Assembly: GCF_006345805.1 (NCBI RefSeq) | Contig: NC_043014.1 | Location: 40,672,001 to 40,736,000, forward strand | Direction: 5' to 3' | Source of the DNA: Octopus sinensis | Taxonomy: Eukaryota | DNA length: 64,000 bases | Shown: piece after piece, positions 1 through 15,912 of the stretch | Layout of the letters: every line of letters begins with the position of its first letter | Position numbering within the stretch: the first letter of the stretch is position 1 | Position numbers and translations under genes: made by a program | The notes under the pieces: generated by a model | Told to the model about the DNA's origin: nothing | Databases searched by the model: none | Seen by the model: the letters and a program-made list of their open reading frames with translations, nothing else

Positions 1-140
1 TTTGTTCCACCAGGGTTTGCAGGATGTCCTCATCAAGCGCTACAGATTTTCCAGGTTGAGGCTTGTCTTCAAGGCTGCAGTTTCCGGCTGGGAATTTCTG
101 GAACCAGTGTTGACACTAGCTTACACTTGTTGTCCGATCC
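1..140 (-). mobile_element. Mariner transposase N-terminal (HTH) relic
   Basis: Minus-strand translation CQHWFQKFPAGNCSLEDKPQPGKSVALDEDILQTLVEQ resembles mariner CQRWFQKFRSGDFSLEDEPRSGRP. Confidence 0.75.
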
Positions 141-559
141 CCATATATTATCTTTATCTTTACTCTAGTTTCAGCTCACGAGCTGTGGCCACGCTGGGGC
201 ACCGCCATTTGGTGTTGCTACATGATTTTACTTCATGAATGCTTTTTAGCAATTGCCATTTGGTGCATGAGAGAGTTCGATGCAGCTGCCCTCATCTGCA
301 CCTCCTTGCATTTTCGTTGCGTTGTGGCCTTTATTTACATCCATTATAGGACAGCACCTCTTCCATCAGAGGAAATAAGTTTCTAAAAACTTATTTTATT
401 TAGAAACTTATTTTGTCTGATGAAAGAGGTGATGTCTTATAATGGATGTAAATATCTTTTATAAGATAGTACAGGACCCCCAGAAATGGCTGTAGGAGTA
501 TTGAATGGACTTTTGGAGAAATTCATGCATGTTTGGTTTAGGGCTGAATAAATATAATT

Positions 560-2815
<2,256 letters not shown>

Positions 2816-5800
2816 TATGAACCAGTAGAAATGTTATTATAGACACACATGAATACACTGAGATTAGAAATCATGCTTATAAAATGTAGAATTTCTTTGG
2901 CATATTTTGTACTGTTGCTATAGTTATACAGAACTCATAAAAAAATGTCAACACTTGCATGAGAAATATTTTCAATTTGTGAAATGTTTGTTCTCGGCAA
3001 ATGTTGAATTTCTCTATTTGTACTGTTTGTTACTTGTGTGTCAAAAAAAAAATTATTTGAAATTTTAAATATTCTAATCTCAGCATATAAGCAGCAATGA
3101 TAGTGATATTGGAAGCATTTGTGTTCACCAAATGAATGTTATAGATTCCCTCCCGACTAACGCTGTTAGTAATCCTATAAGCGTGTAGATTCAGAGAATA
3201 ACCTCTTTGTGTTTTGAGTGTTTGTTGCGTAACTGCATCAGCCGTAGCTGTAACAGCCAGTATGAGTTCCTTAGTTAGGAACATGTACTGTTGTATTCTT
3301 TGGAGAATTTTTAGGTAAAGAAAAAATAATAAACAAATCTTCTTACCTAAAAGAGATTCCAGGTAATCCAAGTAGTTCAAAATGCTGTTTCACAGTGAGT
3401 TTTTTCAAAATGTCTCTCATTTTCTTCCGCAAGTGTTTTTTTTTTTTTTTTTTTTTTGGTGCCAAGATTTCCTAGGAATATATAGTTCGTTTGTTTTTAG
3501 GTTTTTGTCGGATTCTCCATTGTTCTTTCTCTTTAACATCTGAACGTGTTAATGGTACTATCCGAATGGAATTTTTCCTGCTACGCAGCAAGTAAAAGTT
3601 TTTGTCTTTGGAGGTGCCTTTCCTTTTAGAAATGTCTTTGCATTTTTTTCCATTTTTTTTTTGAAGTGTTTTTGTTTTTTTGAAGTGTCTTTCTGTTTTG
3701 AAGTGTCTTTGTTTTCTTTCCCGCTTCCTTTTCATTTTTGGAAGTTTATCCAAATTTAGTTTGTGATCAGTATAAAGTTTTTGAAAATGACAGCAGAAGT
3801 TTTTACATCAAAATTGTTCAAATGAAATAATTGAGAAAAGACTGATACAAGGCACTCAAAAAAAGCCTTTGATGCAGTTCAACTCATACACTTCTCACTA
3901 AGGTTGGATATCTGCCTCGCATTCTCTAAAATGACTAAACCAACCACAAATGTTGGGCAGGTTAATATTCACAACTAACATAATGCCCAACTGAAGAAAA
4001 GTTTGAGAAAATTATAATTAGAAATAAAGACTTTTGAAGAAATATCTGAAATCAAAATATCTTAATAATGATATCATTATATTTCACCTATAAAAATACT
4101 CTTACTTCATAACCCCGTGGTTAATACCAAGAACTATTGGATTTCGGTTTTGGTGAACACAATTGAACATTCTCCCAGTTAAGGGACTCAATACATCACT
4201 TTACATTTGCAAATATTTACATGTGCATTTACATGTGTCTAGTCAACATTATATCCATATAAACCTATAAGCATGTATTTATGCCCATACACATACACAA
4301 AATATATGTATTATATATATATATGCATATATTTATATATACCTTGCACATCGTATACATATACTTACATCAATATATAAATACATATACACATTATATA
4401 TATATATGTAAATATACAGATATGTATATACATGAATATATATATATATATACCTATATATATATATATTTATATATATATAAATATATATATACATATA
4501 TATATACACATATATATGTATATACATATATATACATATATATATGTATATACATATATATACATATATATACATATATATACATATATATATATACATA
4601 TATATACGTATATATATACATATATAAATATATATACATATATATATATATACATACATATATATACATATATATATACATATATATATACATATATATA
4701 TATCTATATATATATATATATTCCAAATTGTAAATCACTCATCTTTTACATTTCATGATTTTAAAATAAAATATACAGAAATTCTGATATATTCAAAGTG
4801 GCATTTTGGCATTTCTGAAAAAAAAAAAATTATATATATATATATATATTAATCCTACCTTGAAGCACAGTCAGCCTGAAAATGTTGAAATTTTGTGGAC
4901 ATTAAGCTTGAAAAATCAAACCTGCTTTGTGCCCAAATCCATTGGCAGCTCTCTGAATGCAATAATATATACATATATGTATACACATATATATATATGT
5001 ATATATTCTCCAGAGGAGAATCCATTTCTCAAACAGAAGTATATGAGTTGATGCAACTATATATGGTGCTAACCTTTCCTTTTTTCATTTATAATCATAT
5101 TATTGAAAATGTGGATTGTCAAAATATACATCAGGAACCTGACATTCTGGTTCGTACTCACAAAATTCTTTACAAGATCTAACACACATGTATCTTTTCC
5201 TGATTTCAGCCAGAGGCTGAGGCCATGTAAAAAATATATATACACAAACTCACACACACGTATATATTTATGAACACGTGTGTGTGTGTAAATATATATA
5301 TATATATATATACACATACATACATACACATATTTACACACATAGACATAAATGCATATACATCCTATCATCATCATATACCTACACATTCAAATATATA
5401 TATGTACACATTTATACTCATATATAAAAGAATATATACACACATATATACACATACACATCTTACTATCATCATATACTTGCACACACATATACATATA
5501 CAAATTTACACACACATATATACACACACATACATACACACACACACACACATATATAATTCCATTGTAGTAAGCAGTTTGCTTTTTTACTACAAAAAAA
5601 CTATCAAAAACATGTAACACTCACAAAATAAGGGCTTTATACAAATGTAGAATCTAATTAATTCATTAGACAAAAGTACAGAGTGATTGGGAATGAGATA
5701 TGTTGTCATCAAGAGCTTGTCTGGTGATCTATTGGTCTTGAAATTTTGAATTCAAAGCCATTCTGCATTTGTGTCTAAGGGACTCAGTACATCACTTTAT

Positions 5801-6654
5801 GCTTGTGTCTAATGAATTATATATAATTACAAACATATACATAGTTATATAGTGAATACATTATCATTGACATTTCAACCATCATGACGTTGATTGTGTT
5901 GGTAATAATGATCTTACTGATGAAGGAAATAATCATAATAATTTGTTGCTTATAAAATGCAGAAGAATAAAAAGATTGAGTGAACATACAGGTAATTTGA
6001 GTGAGTTACCACAAGAAATACATTTAAAAATAAAACCAAGAAGAAATAAACCTGCTGACTGAAAGGTGTGACATCGTACAAATAATGAGATTAAAAAATA
6101 ATTCTTTAAGCATCAAAATCCTTGAATAGATGAATGTTACAAAATTGCTTTCTTCGTAATTGTTGGGTAAACAGGTCTTTAAGTAATTAAGTGGGACAGA
6201 TTCAGGTTATGTATTGACTTAAAATAGATTTTGAAAACTTTAGATATTTCCTAAAATGAAATTATATTATTGAGTGAGAGGGCAGGACATGTAGTCAAAG
6301 TGATGCTAGGGTTGTTGTCATTGTTATTATTATTATTATTATTGTTATTATTATTATTATTATTGTTATTCTGTTTGACTTTTGCTTTACATTTGCACAA
6401 GCTGGCTCCAAGTCTCACCCAGAGACCTCAAGAGACAAGTTGGAAGTTCATGTTGGTGTTATGCCTAGGGTGCCGTATATTTGGTTTTGTACTTAGTGTT
6501 ATACTTATTATTATTATTATTATTATTATTATTGTTATTATTATCATTTATTATTATCATTATTATCATTTATTATTATTATTATCATTATTATCATTTA
6601 TTATTATTATTATTATCATTATCATCATTATTATTATTATTATTATCATTATCA

Positions 6655-6693
<39 letters not shown>

Positions 6694-7929
6694 TATTATT
6701 ATTATTATTAAGGTACCAAGCTGGCAGAATCATTAGAGTGTCAGAAAAAAAATTACTTTGTGCTATATCTTCAGGCTCTTTATGTTCATTATCATTATCA
6801 TAATTAAACCCAATCTATCACCTGGTTTAAAACCACCATGTGACCCTTGGATACTTTTAGTAGAATACAGTATACTGCATACTTTTGATCAAAGCCTTTA
6901 GAATAACAATAACTCAATCATTTCGATGTTCAGTTTTCTACAGCAGCAATTTTATGAGTTGGGGGTTCCTTTCTCCCTTTTATCTCACCAATCACAGAGG
7001 CCTGCTCTTCCTTCTCTAATTAAGTCACCATGAATAAAAAAAACAGAAAATATAGATTTTTATAGATTGAGTTCATGGCAAATGAAAATGAGATTGGGAG
7101 TAACAAGCATGACTCACTCAACAGCATCAACAATGTGAATTGGCTACTGCTTAGAATGAATTTTGGTACCACATACTGCTCATTTATAATGTACCTTGGC
7201 CTAATGGTATGTCTTGGAAATGAGAATAGAGTTGATATAGGACAAGAAATAATGTCTTTCATTTCTTAACAGTTATTATTCAATTAAAGCATCTTTAAAA
7301 CTTTTCTCATGAATATATATACACACATATATGTGTTGTCTAGGTATGTATATATTACTGTATGTGAGATAAATAAGGACTATTATTCCTGGATTATATA
7401 TATTTGGTCAAAATATAATGCTAGTTTAAGCAGTTTTACATTTTTGGATCATGGCCTAATGAAAAAGTTAAGCAATTTTGATGTTACCTGATATGTTGAA
7501 TAAATAAGTCCCTGAGGGAGATGATAGAAATTTCATATTCAACCTTACTATTTGTTCATTTCTTAATTTCTTAATTTCCACAACAGGTTTATTTCTTTTT
7601 GGTAAAACTCATTACATATGTACATATATATCACATGATATTTTCATTGGTCATGTACAAGGACACATCATCATCATCATTAACAAACATCTGCAGCAAC
7701 AGTGATTTCATTTCATATACTTTTACAATCCATTAATAGAAAAAGATTAAAAAAAAAAATGGTGTATAAAGTGACAGATGGAATATATTTAAGAAGTGAA
7801 CACAATGAACAAAAAGAAAAATCATTGGATCTATCTAAAGACCAAATAATACATTTTATATACTGTGTAGTTTTATACAAAACAATGAATAAATTAATTC
7901 ATTCAGGCTTCAATAACCTTTTATATTAA

Positions 7930-8131
7930 CCCTTTCCTTACTGTATTTATTTTGAGATGCTCTGTGTTTCTTTCAATTACTTTAAATATAACAAAGAATT
8001 TAGTAAAACAACTTAGTTATCATTCAGCTGGTGACTAAGGTTTGGTGGAAGATTTTAATTCAAAACTTATGAAAACAAGATTTTTGTACTGAGAGCCAGA
8101 GCCAGTTTCAGCCGGGTTGGTAATGAAAGGG
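7930..8131. mobile_element. piggyBac-type MITE
   Basis: TTAA TSD on both sides (7926-7929, 8132-8135), CCCTTT...AAAGGG termini; second copy inverted at 62488-62689. Confidence 0.85.
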
Positions 8132-9641
8132 TTAATCTGACGCAACAAATAAAGTGTTATTGGGAAAAGCAGAAGCAACAGAATAACATCACTACAACTC
8201 TTTGGGATTTTTATAATTATAACAAGTTATAGACTTCCTAAAATTTTCTATTTCTTAAGGGAAAATTTAAAAGATAGTTTAAAAGTCCTAATAATTTAAT
8301 GCATAACAGTACATAGGGTTATTTAATTGGCCTTTAGAGATGAATAAACAGTTTGGACATTGAGCATAAATGATGGATTTGAGTTTTTTTTTCAAATTTG
8401 TTACAACAGGTAACAAAATTTTGATCAATTATTCCAGATGAAATATATTTTCTTTAACAGTTAATGAAAGTATTCTGTGTAATTTAACAATTGATAATGA
8501 AAAGTAGGAATTTGTATTAATCATTAAGAAATTTCATTCTGATTAATTAAAATCATTGTTAGTAAAGAATTGTCTTATTTAGAGTGTGAATTACCTTTGA
8601 GGTAAATTGGAGTAGTTTCAGAGTATAAAGGTATTGGCAAAGTAAGAATTACTTTCATTTTTAAACATTTCTGCTTTCCTATCTTATTCATAATATCAAC
8701 ATGATTTAAAAACCATCTTGAAATTTTAGTGTTTTACACCTTGACAGTAGATTGTCCGAATAAGTCTGTGCAATATATATTACCATAGATAAATATCAAA
8801 ATAATATTTTAATCTATAAACATTAAATTAATATCCTTAGTCATTATGTCTTGCAGACAAATTCTCACCCCACATCTTTTGAAAGAATTACAAAAATAGA
8901 TTGTTATTGAAATTGTTATAGCCATAGCATGCTTTAAGGTTAAAATATAAAAAAAATGTTCAAAATTGAACATCAGAAGTAGGTAATGTGTTTTAAAAAT
9001 TATAACAATTTTAAGGTGTGTAGTATAAAAAATATATTCAATGCTGCCCAATTTCTCATTGTGAAATGGGATATATTTGGTTGCTTCTGTATGTGATAAA
9101 TCAATACGAAAATAAATGAATATTTAAATCAATTAATAATAAATCTCTGACTGAGATGTAAACAGTAACTGCACGACAATGTGTTTGCATACAGTTTTTC
9201 GAGATCAGTGACAAAAAGTTACTGGAAAAATGTAATAAGGATTTGCATTGGGACTCCCTTCATCGAAAACCGGTGATTGTCACACGCCAATGACAGGTCA
9301 ATACCTAGAAACTGCAGTCCGTGCGTATCACTTAGGTTGACGAGGGAGGGATGACCTCCCCTTTGCAAATACCACAAGGGCACAGAAAGTGTGCCTAAAG
9401 CCAGCTGGAAACGATGCTCTCATGGGGCTACAAGCTACAGTAACACCCACCCTTAGTGGTTAGCCATATTGAGATGGCTAGTATACCTCACATTAAATCA
9501 ATTAGTTTTACAGAATATTTAGTTAAATATTATGGCAAGAAAGGGGTGAAGTAACAGCTAAAACCAAAATGTTTCCCAGGTAAACATAGATAAAAGAATT
9601 GCTTAAGGAATAAACAATGGGAAAAGAAATATGCCACTTAC

Positions 9642-9786
9642 TTTCGTAGAAAAATGTGAAACACATATTCATTAATGACTTTGCCGGGGTATAGTCCTCT
9701 GCCATGTGACATTCGAATAATACCACTGAGAAATATTGGACTAGACGGAAGAAAATCTGTTCATCAACTCTCTTGTTGTGCACTCT
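9642..9786 (-). CDS. KIAA0513: KIAA0513-like coding exon 3 (RVHNKRVDEQIFFRLVQYFSVVLFECHMAEDYTPAKSLMNMCFTFFYE)
   Basis: Acceptor TTTTACAG, donor GTAAGT, 145 nt (phase 0 -> 1). Strong resemblance to the KIAA0513/SBF2 core [35 protein letters not shown]. Later exons were not found in the window. Confidence 0.93.
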
Positions 9787-9848
9787 CTGTAAAAGGAAAG
9801 AAATGAATACTAAATATATAATTTTTGGACAGATGTGTACCTTTAGAC

Positions 9849-10073
9849 CAGAGGTGGGCAAACTACGGCCCGCGGGCTGCATGCGGCCCGCCATAGGTTT
9901 TCATGTGGCCCGCCGAGAGGAATATTTCACAAAATTTCCTTTCAATCAATTGTGTGTTTATAGGTCTATAACCGCCTTTAAAAATATTTTCACTTGATTT
10001 TTATAAATGAGGCCCGCCAAGGTTCAAAAGACGCACTGTGCGGCCCGCGATCAAAAAAGTTTGCCCACCCCTG
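9849..10073. mobile_element. hAT (Charlie/Buster-type) MITE in the KIAA0513-like intron
   Basis: TIR CAG(A/G)GGTGGGCAAAC; perfect 8-bp TSD CTTTAGAC (NNNTANNN) at 9841-9848 and 10074-10081. Confidence 0.92.
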
Positions 10074-10311
10074 CTTTAGACCGTATCTATTTTTTCCAGA
10101 CCATCAATGTGAAGTGAAATTGTAACCCAAACTTTGATTTCAATTAGTGTGACTCAAGCCGTAAATAGAGCTGTCTGAGAGGGCTTCCCACTAACTAAAC
10201 AAAAGAAAACTGAAAATATTTGCTTTAAATCTAATGTAAATTGTCAAGGGATTTTACAGAATAAAAAAAGGGTAATCTATTTCTTTAAAGAAATAGTTTC
10301 AGTTTAACTAA

Positions 10312-10755
10312 TTTACTCTTTTACTTGTTTGAGTCATTTGACTGTGGCCATGCTGGAGCACTGCCTTTAGTCGAGCAAATCGACCCCAGGACTTATTCTT
10401 TGTAAGCCTAGTACTTATTCTATCGGTCTCTTTTTGCCGAACTGCTAAGTTACAGGGATGTAAACACACCAGCATCGGTTGTCAAGCGATGTGGGGGGGG
10501 GGGGGACAAACATAGACACACAAACATATACACACACACATACATACATACTCATATATATATATATATATAATATATATATATATATATTATATATATA
10601 TATATATACAATGAGCTTCTTTCAGTTTCTGTCTACCAAATCCACTCACAAGGCTTTGGTCGGCCCGAGACTATAGTAGAAGACACTTGTCCAAGGTGCC
10701 ACGCAGTGGGACTGAACCTGGAACCATGTGGTTGGTAAACAAGCTTCTTACCACA
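10312..10755 (-). mobile_element. SINE family 1 copy
   Basis: Same sequence as the other copies. Confidence 0.9.
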
Positions 10756-11525
10756 TTTCAATAGCTATTCTCTAGGAAAGTGAATTAATGTTTCTGAGAA
10801 CAATCATTTCATAATTATTGAGGATCATAATAAATGTATATGAGCATAAATGTCAGGTGTTAGATTATTGATGTTTAATGGAAAAAAGGAAGTGGGGGGG
10901 GGACTACCAAGGATAGATATACATATTTATTAGTAAATGTCAAATCTCTAAATATGTGTTTATGAAGAATGAATGCTCTGATACTAAGATAACACTCCTT
11001 TTTTTCTCTGACAGTAAATATCTTAAGGTGATAAAATTTACGAACGATTTTCTATACTGGTGGTTACTACCCATTGTTTATATAAGCTAATGAAAATCAG
11101 TTTCATTGTTAGTGATACTTGTATCAGCTTGCATTCCAAAATAATATAACTTACTGGATGGAGAATTGCTGTTATATTTACTTTTGGTTACTACAATATC
11201 AGAAAATGTTGATAAAAAGAAAAGTTGAATGACTGGAAAATAAAAACACTACAAATAAAGCCATGCAGAGGAAATCATTTAAAATCAATGGAAATGTGCT
11301 TAAAAATAGCCATGGCAATGAGCTGAATGGTAGTGCTTAATGCATTTACATAATCAATAATTTCTGCATTGTACATGCATATTAGCATTAAATATGATGA
11401 AGTTTTACTGAGCAAGTCACTAAGTAAACATACTAGGGTGTGAATGTATTGGCACTAAGTATGAGAACTACTGATAGATTAACTTTCACACATTACATAA
11501 GAATAAATGATAAATCAAAGCTTAC

Positions 11526-11619
11526 TTGAGAGTTGACATATCTGGCAAACCAAATTCTTCCTGGTTGATGTTGGCAAAGTTCCCCAAATTTCGCTTTCTC
11601 TGTTTGAGAAATCTCTTCA
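11526..11619 (-). CDS. KIAA0513: KIAA0513-like coding exon 2 (EEISQTEKAKFGELCQHQPGRIWFARYVNSQ)
   Basis: Acceptor TAATAG, donor GTAAG. 94 nt restores the phase 2 -> 0 frame. Resembles human EEKARFGEYC...GREWFARYVSAQ. Confidence 0.92.
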
Positions 11620-12644
11620 CTATTAAGAGTTAAATACAGAAAGATGAATTACATTAACACTTAGTGAAACAGTCAATTTGAAATGTATTCAATTTTTCTA
11701 CATGGCTACATGAGAATGCAGTTCTACTTGTGTGCTTTTGGATGTGTGGTGTAGAAAAAACTGAAGTTCATCTCATAACTACTAATAAATTCCTTTTTAC
11801 ATACATACACACATAGACATATATGTATATGTACACATATATAGAAAGTATATATATAATGAATAATGTATATAATTTTGCTATAAAAATGTTTTTATCT
11901 AACTATCTCTAAAATATAATTTAAAAAAAACTATAGATTTCATCTAAACGAATCTGTGGTTAACTTTTAGTTTTAAAATATTAAAATACTTGTTTTATTC
12001 ATATAAATAACATGGATACAGGTTTCTAATAAAATTGTTAGAAATTAAAGTATAACAACCAGCTAGATAAAGGCTTTAGATACACAATAATAAATTATAT
12101 TTAACCTATACCAGGCTAAAAAAAAACATACATAATACTAAAGATGAAAATACTTTCAGCCCCAAGCCTGTGGTCTCAGTAAACACACCAAGACATTTTC
12201 ATTTAACACTTATAGAATATAATGTTATGAAATGCTTTATTTTGAAACTTTAATCTATGCCAAACATGATTCTAGGATGACATAGAAAGGATTTCCCTAG
12301 ACAACACTAAAATTTGTACTTGGAATTTTCAATGCTAACACTTCAGAACAACAAATATATATTCACATTAAACTTGTAATTCAGGGAAATATTTATTTTT
12401 TTAGTTTTAGCTAGAAAGTGTTTTATTAAGTATAGCTTTTAGTTATTAATACAATTTGTTACTAATTTTTATTAAATAAGTTCCCATTTAAAAGCAGCAT
12501 TTAACTACACATCATGTGTAGAATCACAGAAAAACTATTTACTTTATCACAAATTTAGAAAAGAAAAGGTTTCAAACCTCAAATGAAAAAAGAAAAAAAA
12601 AACATATTCCTTTCAAATAATCAAGTAGTAAATTTTAAACTTAC

Positions 12645-15433
12645 TTCAACAAGAATATTTTTTCTACAAACATTTTCATAAACTCCATGCATTCCAGAGT
12701 GATGTCATCAGGCTGGCTTTCAATGCTATAAGTAGAATCCCATGATTGCTCTGATTCCATAGATAGAGAACGGTGGTAAGGCTCTCCCCCGAATTCATCT
12801 CCTGATGAATCGATGCTGGAGTGTCGTCCAGCCTCTCCGCCGTAACCTCCATCAGAAGAATCGGGGCTGAGTCGACGGCGGTCAGTCTTCCTTTTAGCTG
12901 CCGTTGGCTTGTGACGCCTTTCGCTATAGCCTCTGCGCTGATCCTCTTCATCAAAAGAAATCAGATCTCCCATGGGCATGAGAGTTCGACGTCTACTAGC
13001 TGTTTCAGCTGCTTCTGATGTTTGTGCTTCAGCTTGATCTTCAGGTGGTTCAACGTAGTCATCAAACAGCATTTCATCAACTGTACTCGATCGGCGACGC
13101 CCTGGGGCAAATTTCCCTCCTCGTTTTTCATCCATTTCTCGCTCTAAGTCTTCAGACGATGGTGATCGGAGAATTCGTTCTGATGGTTCTGATAACCTAC
13201 CACTTGCAGTAGTTCTCTGCTGGTGTTCAGTCGACTCCCGATCACTATATTCGCCTAATCTTGGTGCTGATCTCCGGCCAGGTCGTTCAATTGGTTTAAA
13301 AGCAGATCGATGACGGTCAGCAGGAATGGGTGTTGGTTTTGCAATACCGTGATCAGATCTGTGACGGTAGTAATCAGATTCTCTATCAGTCCTTTGAGAT
13401 TGCCGTCTTGTTGGTTCGGGAGCTACTTTCTGTGTATGTTTATCAGGGAGGGGAGGGGCTGGCCGGTGACTATGGTAATATTCAGCCTCAGATGATGGGG
13501 ATCTAAGAACACTACGTTCTGGATCATCAGCTACTCTTTGAGTTTGCCGTGAAACTCGAGGTCGATCAGTAGGTTCTGGTGATGAGTGTTGGTCATAGTA
13601 ATCTGAACTTGATCGCTGGCGAGAGGAGAGAGGGGGTGCTGCTCTTTGGCCCTGCCGGGCAGCTGATTCTTCGATTGATCTTTGGTTGTATCGCTCTATT
13701 TCCCTGTCTCCTCTCAGTCCATAACGATCTGAAGAATCATCTATTGATCTTTGACTATATCGGTCAAGGGAATCTCTGTCTAAACGATGACTATGTCGAT
13801 CTGCTCCATCTGGTATTGTTCTTTGACTATGGAATTCTGTAGATTTTTGGCTTCTAAGGGTCGATCCTGATTTTGTAATATCATGTTCCTGATCTAATCT
13901 TTGGCTACGCCGCTGCAAAGGTTCTGGAGATGATCTTTGGCTACGTCTTTGAGCTGGTATTGGAGATGATCTTTCACTTCGACGATGGCTTGTATCTTGA
14001 CCGGATCTTGTCTGAGCAGCAGGTGTTGTACGTTGTGAATATCGATCTATAGATTCCGAATAACCTCGAGAATCACCTAAACTAATTTTATGTGGGTCTG
14101 ACGAATCAGAAATCCTATGACGTTCTGATGGGTCTACAGTTGTCCTTTGATGGCGGTCAAGAGGATCCTGAGATCTTTGAATTGGCCTACCAGTATGATC
14201 TAAAGCTTCTAATCTCTGTCTGTCTAATATGTCTTGACCTTTAGGTCCATACCTGTCTATTGAATCTTGACTAATTCTTTGACCTCGATGGTCAGTTAGA
14301 TCTTGTCCAGACCTATGACGTTCAGTAAGTTCCTGACTACCTCGTGATGTACGACGAGCTATTGGTTCCCCACCTGATCGTTGGTCACGAAAACGCTCTA
14401 TTGGTTCCTGTCCTTGCCGTACACCTTGTCGTTCAGTGATACTTAGTTCTTGTCCAGATCTTGAAAGACGACGTTCTGGCTCTGGTTTTGCTCGCTGGCC
14501 TTGTGGTGGAGATGATCGACTGTGGCGTTCTGTTGGTTGAGGTGATGACCTTTGTCCCTGTCTTTCAGAATGAGATTTCTGCTGTTGTCGTTCTGTTAAA
14601 GGTGGAGTAGATTTCTGACCTTGTCCCAAGCGGTCACTTTGTGAACTTCCTGGTCTTTGACCTCGCCGGTCTAATTTTTGTCTTTCAGCTGGAGTTGGAG
14701 ATGACCTTTGGGTTTGTTCAGCAGAAGGAGAAGTTCTCTGCCTGTCAGCAGCTGATTTTTGAGTAGGTCGTTCACCAGTCTTTTGCTGATATTGTCCAGG
14801 CTGACCTTGGGATTGCGGTCCAGCTTTCTGACCAGGTTTAATTTGGCCAGAGGCTAACCTTGATTGAGAACTCTCAGATAAACTATCTCTTTGAGCTTCA
14901 TCATGAGGAATATTTACATCATTTCTTTCAGAAACAGGGTCTTTAAGATCTCTGCGAGTGGCTGAAATATCAACTTTATCTAGAGGTTTGCTTTGGAGAC
15001 TAGTTGTTGGAGGGGGTGTCGCCTTTAGTCCTAGAGGAACACCAATTCGTGGTGTGGGTATCCCTTGTTGCCGAGCTAATTTGGGATCTGGCAGAACAGG
15101 TGGAAACCCTTGTTGTGGTGTTATCCCTCGTGGTTGGCTTCCTGGAACTATTGGAGGAAAACCAAGTGGACGCTGTTGGCCATGTGCAGTAGGATGTTGT
15201 GGTGGTGCATTTCTGGGAGGATTTCGGTTGAAGGCAGCAGGTTGCCCAACATTTGATGGTATTTCTTCTCCTTTAATAAACGAATCAACCTTATTTGACA
15301 AATCACTAAATATTCCGTCCTTTTTAGCTGTGACAGAATTCAGAAAGTTGGATGTTCCTGCAAAGAAACTCGATCCAAATCCGGCACCAACTGGATTTCC
15401 AGGAACTTTTTTACCAAAAAATCCTAAATCCAT
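12645..15433 (-). CDS. KIAA0513: KIAA0513-like (SBF1/SBF2-domain) protein, first coding exon: ~900-aa low-complexity N-terminus plus start of conserved domain
   Basis: 930-aa ORF. The end (ITLECMEFMKMFVEKIF) resembles KIAA0513 EFMRGYVEKIF. Acceptor TTTTCAG at 15501-15500, in-frame TGA upstream of ATG 15433, donor GTAAGT at 12644 (phase 2). Confidence 0.88.
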
Positions 15434-15499
15434 TCTAAGAAATCACCTCCGCCTGTCAGCAATGACACACCATTGACTTGGCAACAATATTTTGTTACC
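15434..15499 (-). other. 5' UTR part of the large KIAA0513-like exon, containing a 5-codon uORF (15473-15456, MVCHC*)
   Basis: 66 nt between acceptor and ATG, with an in-frame TGA and an out-of-frame ATG GTG TGT CAT TGC TGA. Confidence 0.6.
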
Positions 15500-15556
15500 C
15501 TGAAAAGTAAAAAAAAGAGAAAAAATATATTAATGACTTAAATACATATAATACTC

Positions 15557-15644
<88 letters not shown>

Positions 15645-15709
15645 TATAATATATATATATATATAATATATATATATATATAATATACATATATATATAT
15701 AATATATAT

Positions 15710-15766
<57 letters not shown>

Positions 15767-15790
15767 ATATATATATATTATATATATGTA

Positions 15791-15912
<122 letters not shown>

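Noticed and set aside
3030-3900. Lys-rich ORF, an endonuclease-like stretch (ILAVT...GYSL...ITIIAAY) and a plus-strand KAFDAV motif
   Set aside because: Resemblance to LINE EN/RT motifs is too weak and the strands disagree; not called without an HMM search.
8740-8765. Possible 26-nt micro-exon of the KIAA0513-like gene (NLFGQSTVK)
   Set aside because: The phase fits, but the donor (GTGTAA) is weak and there is no homology to support it.
12676-15476. Alternative-frame and antisense ORFs overlapping the large exon (e.g. 14958-15476 +)
   Set aside because: Shadow ORFs of a GC-richer coding exon; no independent motifs or splice support.
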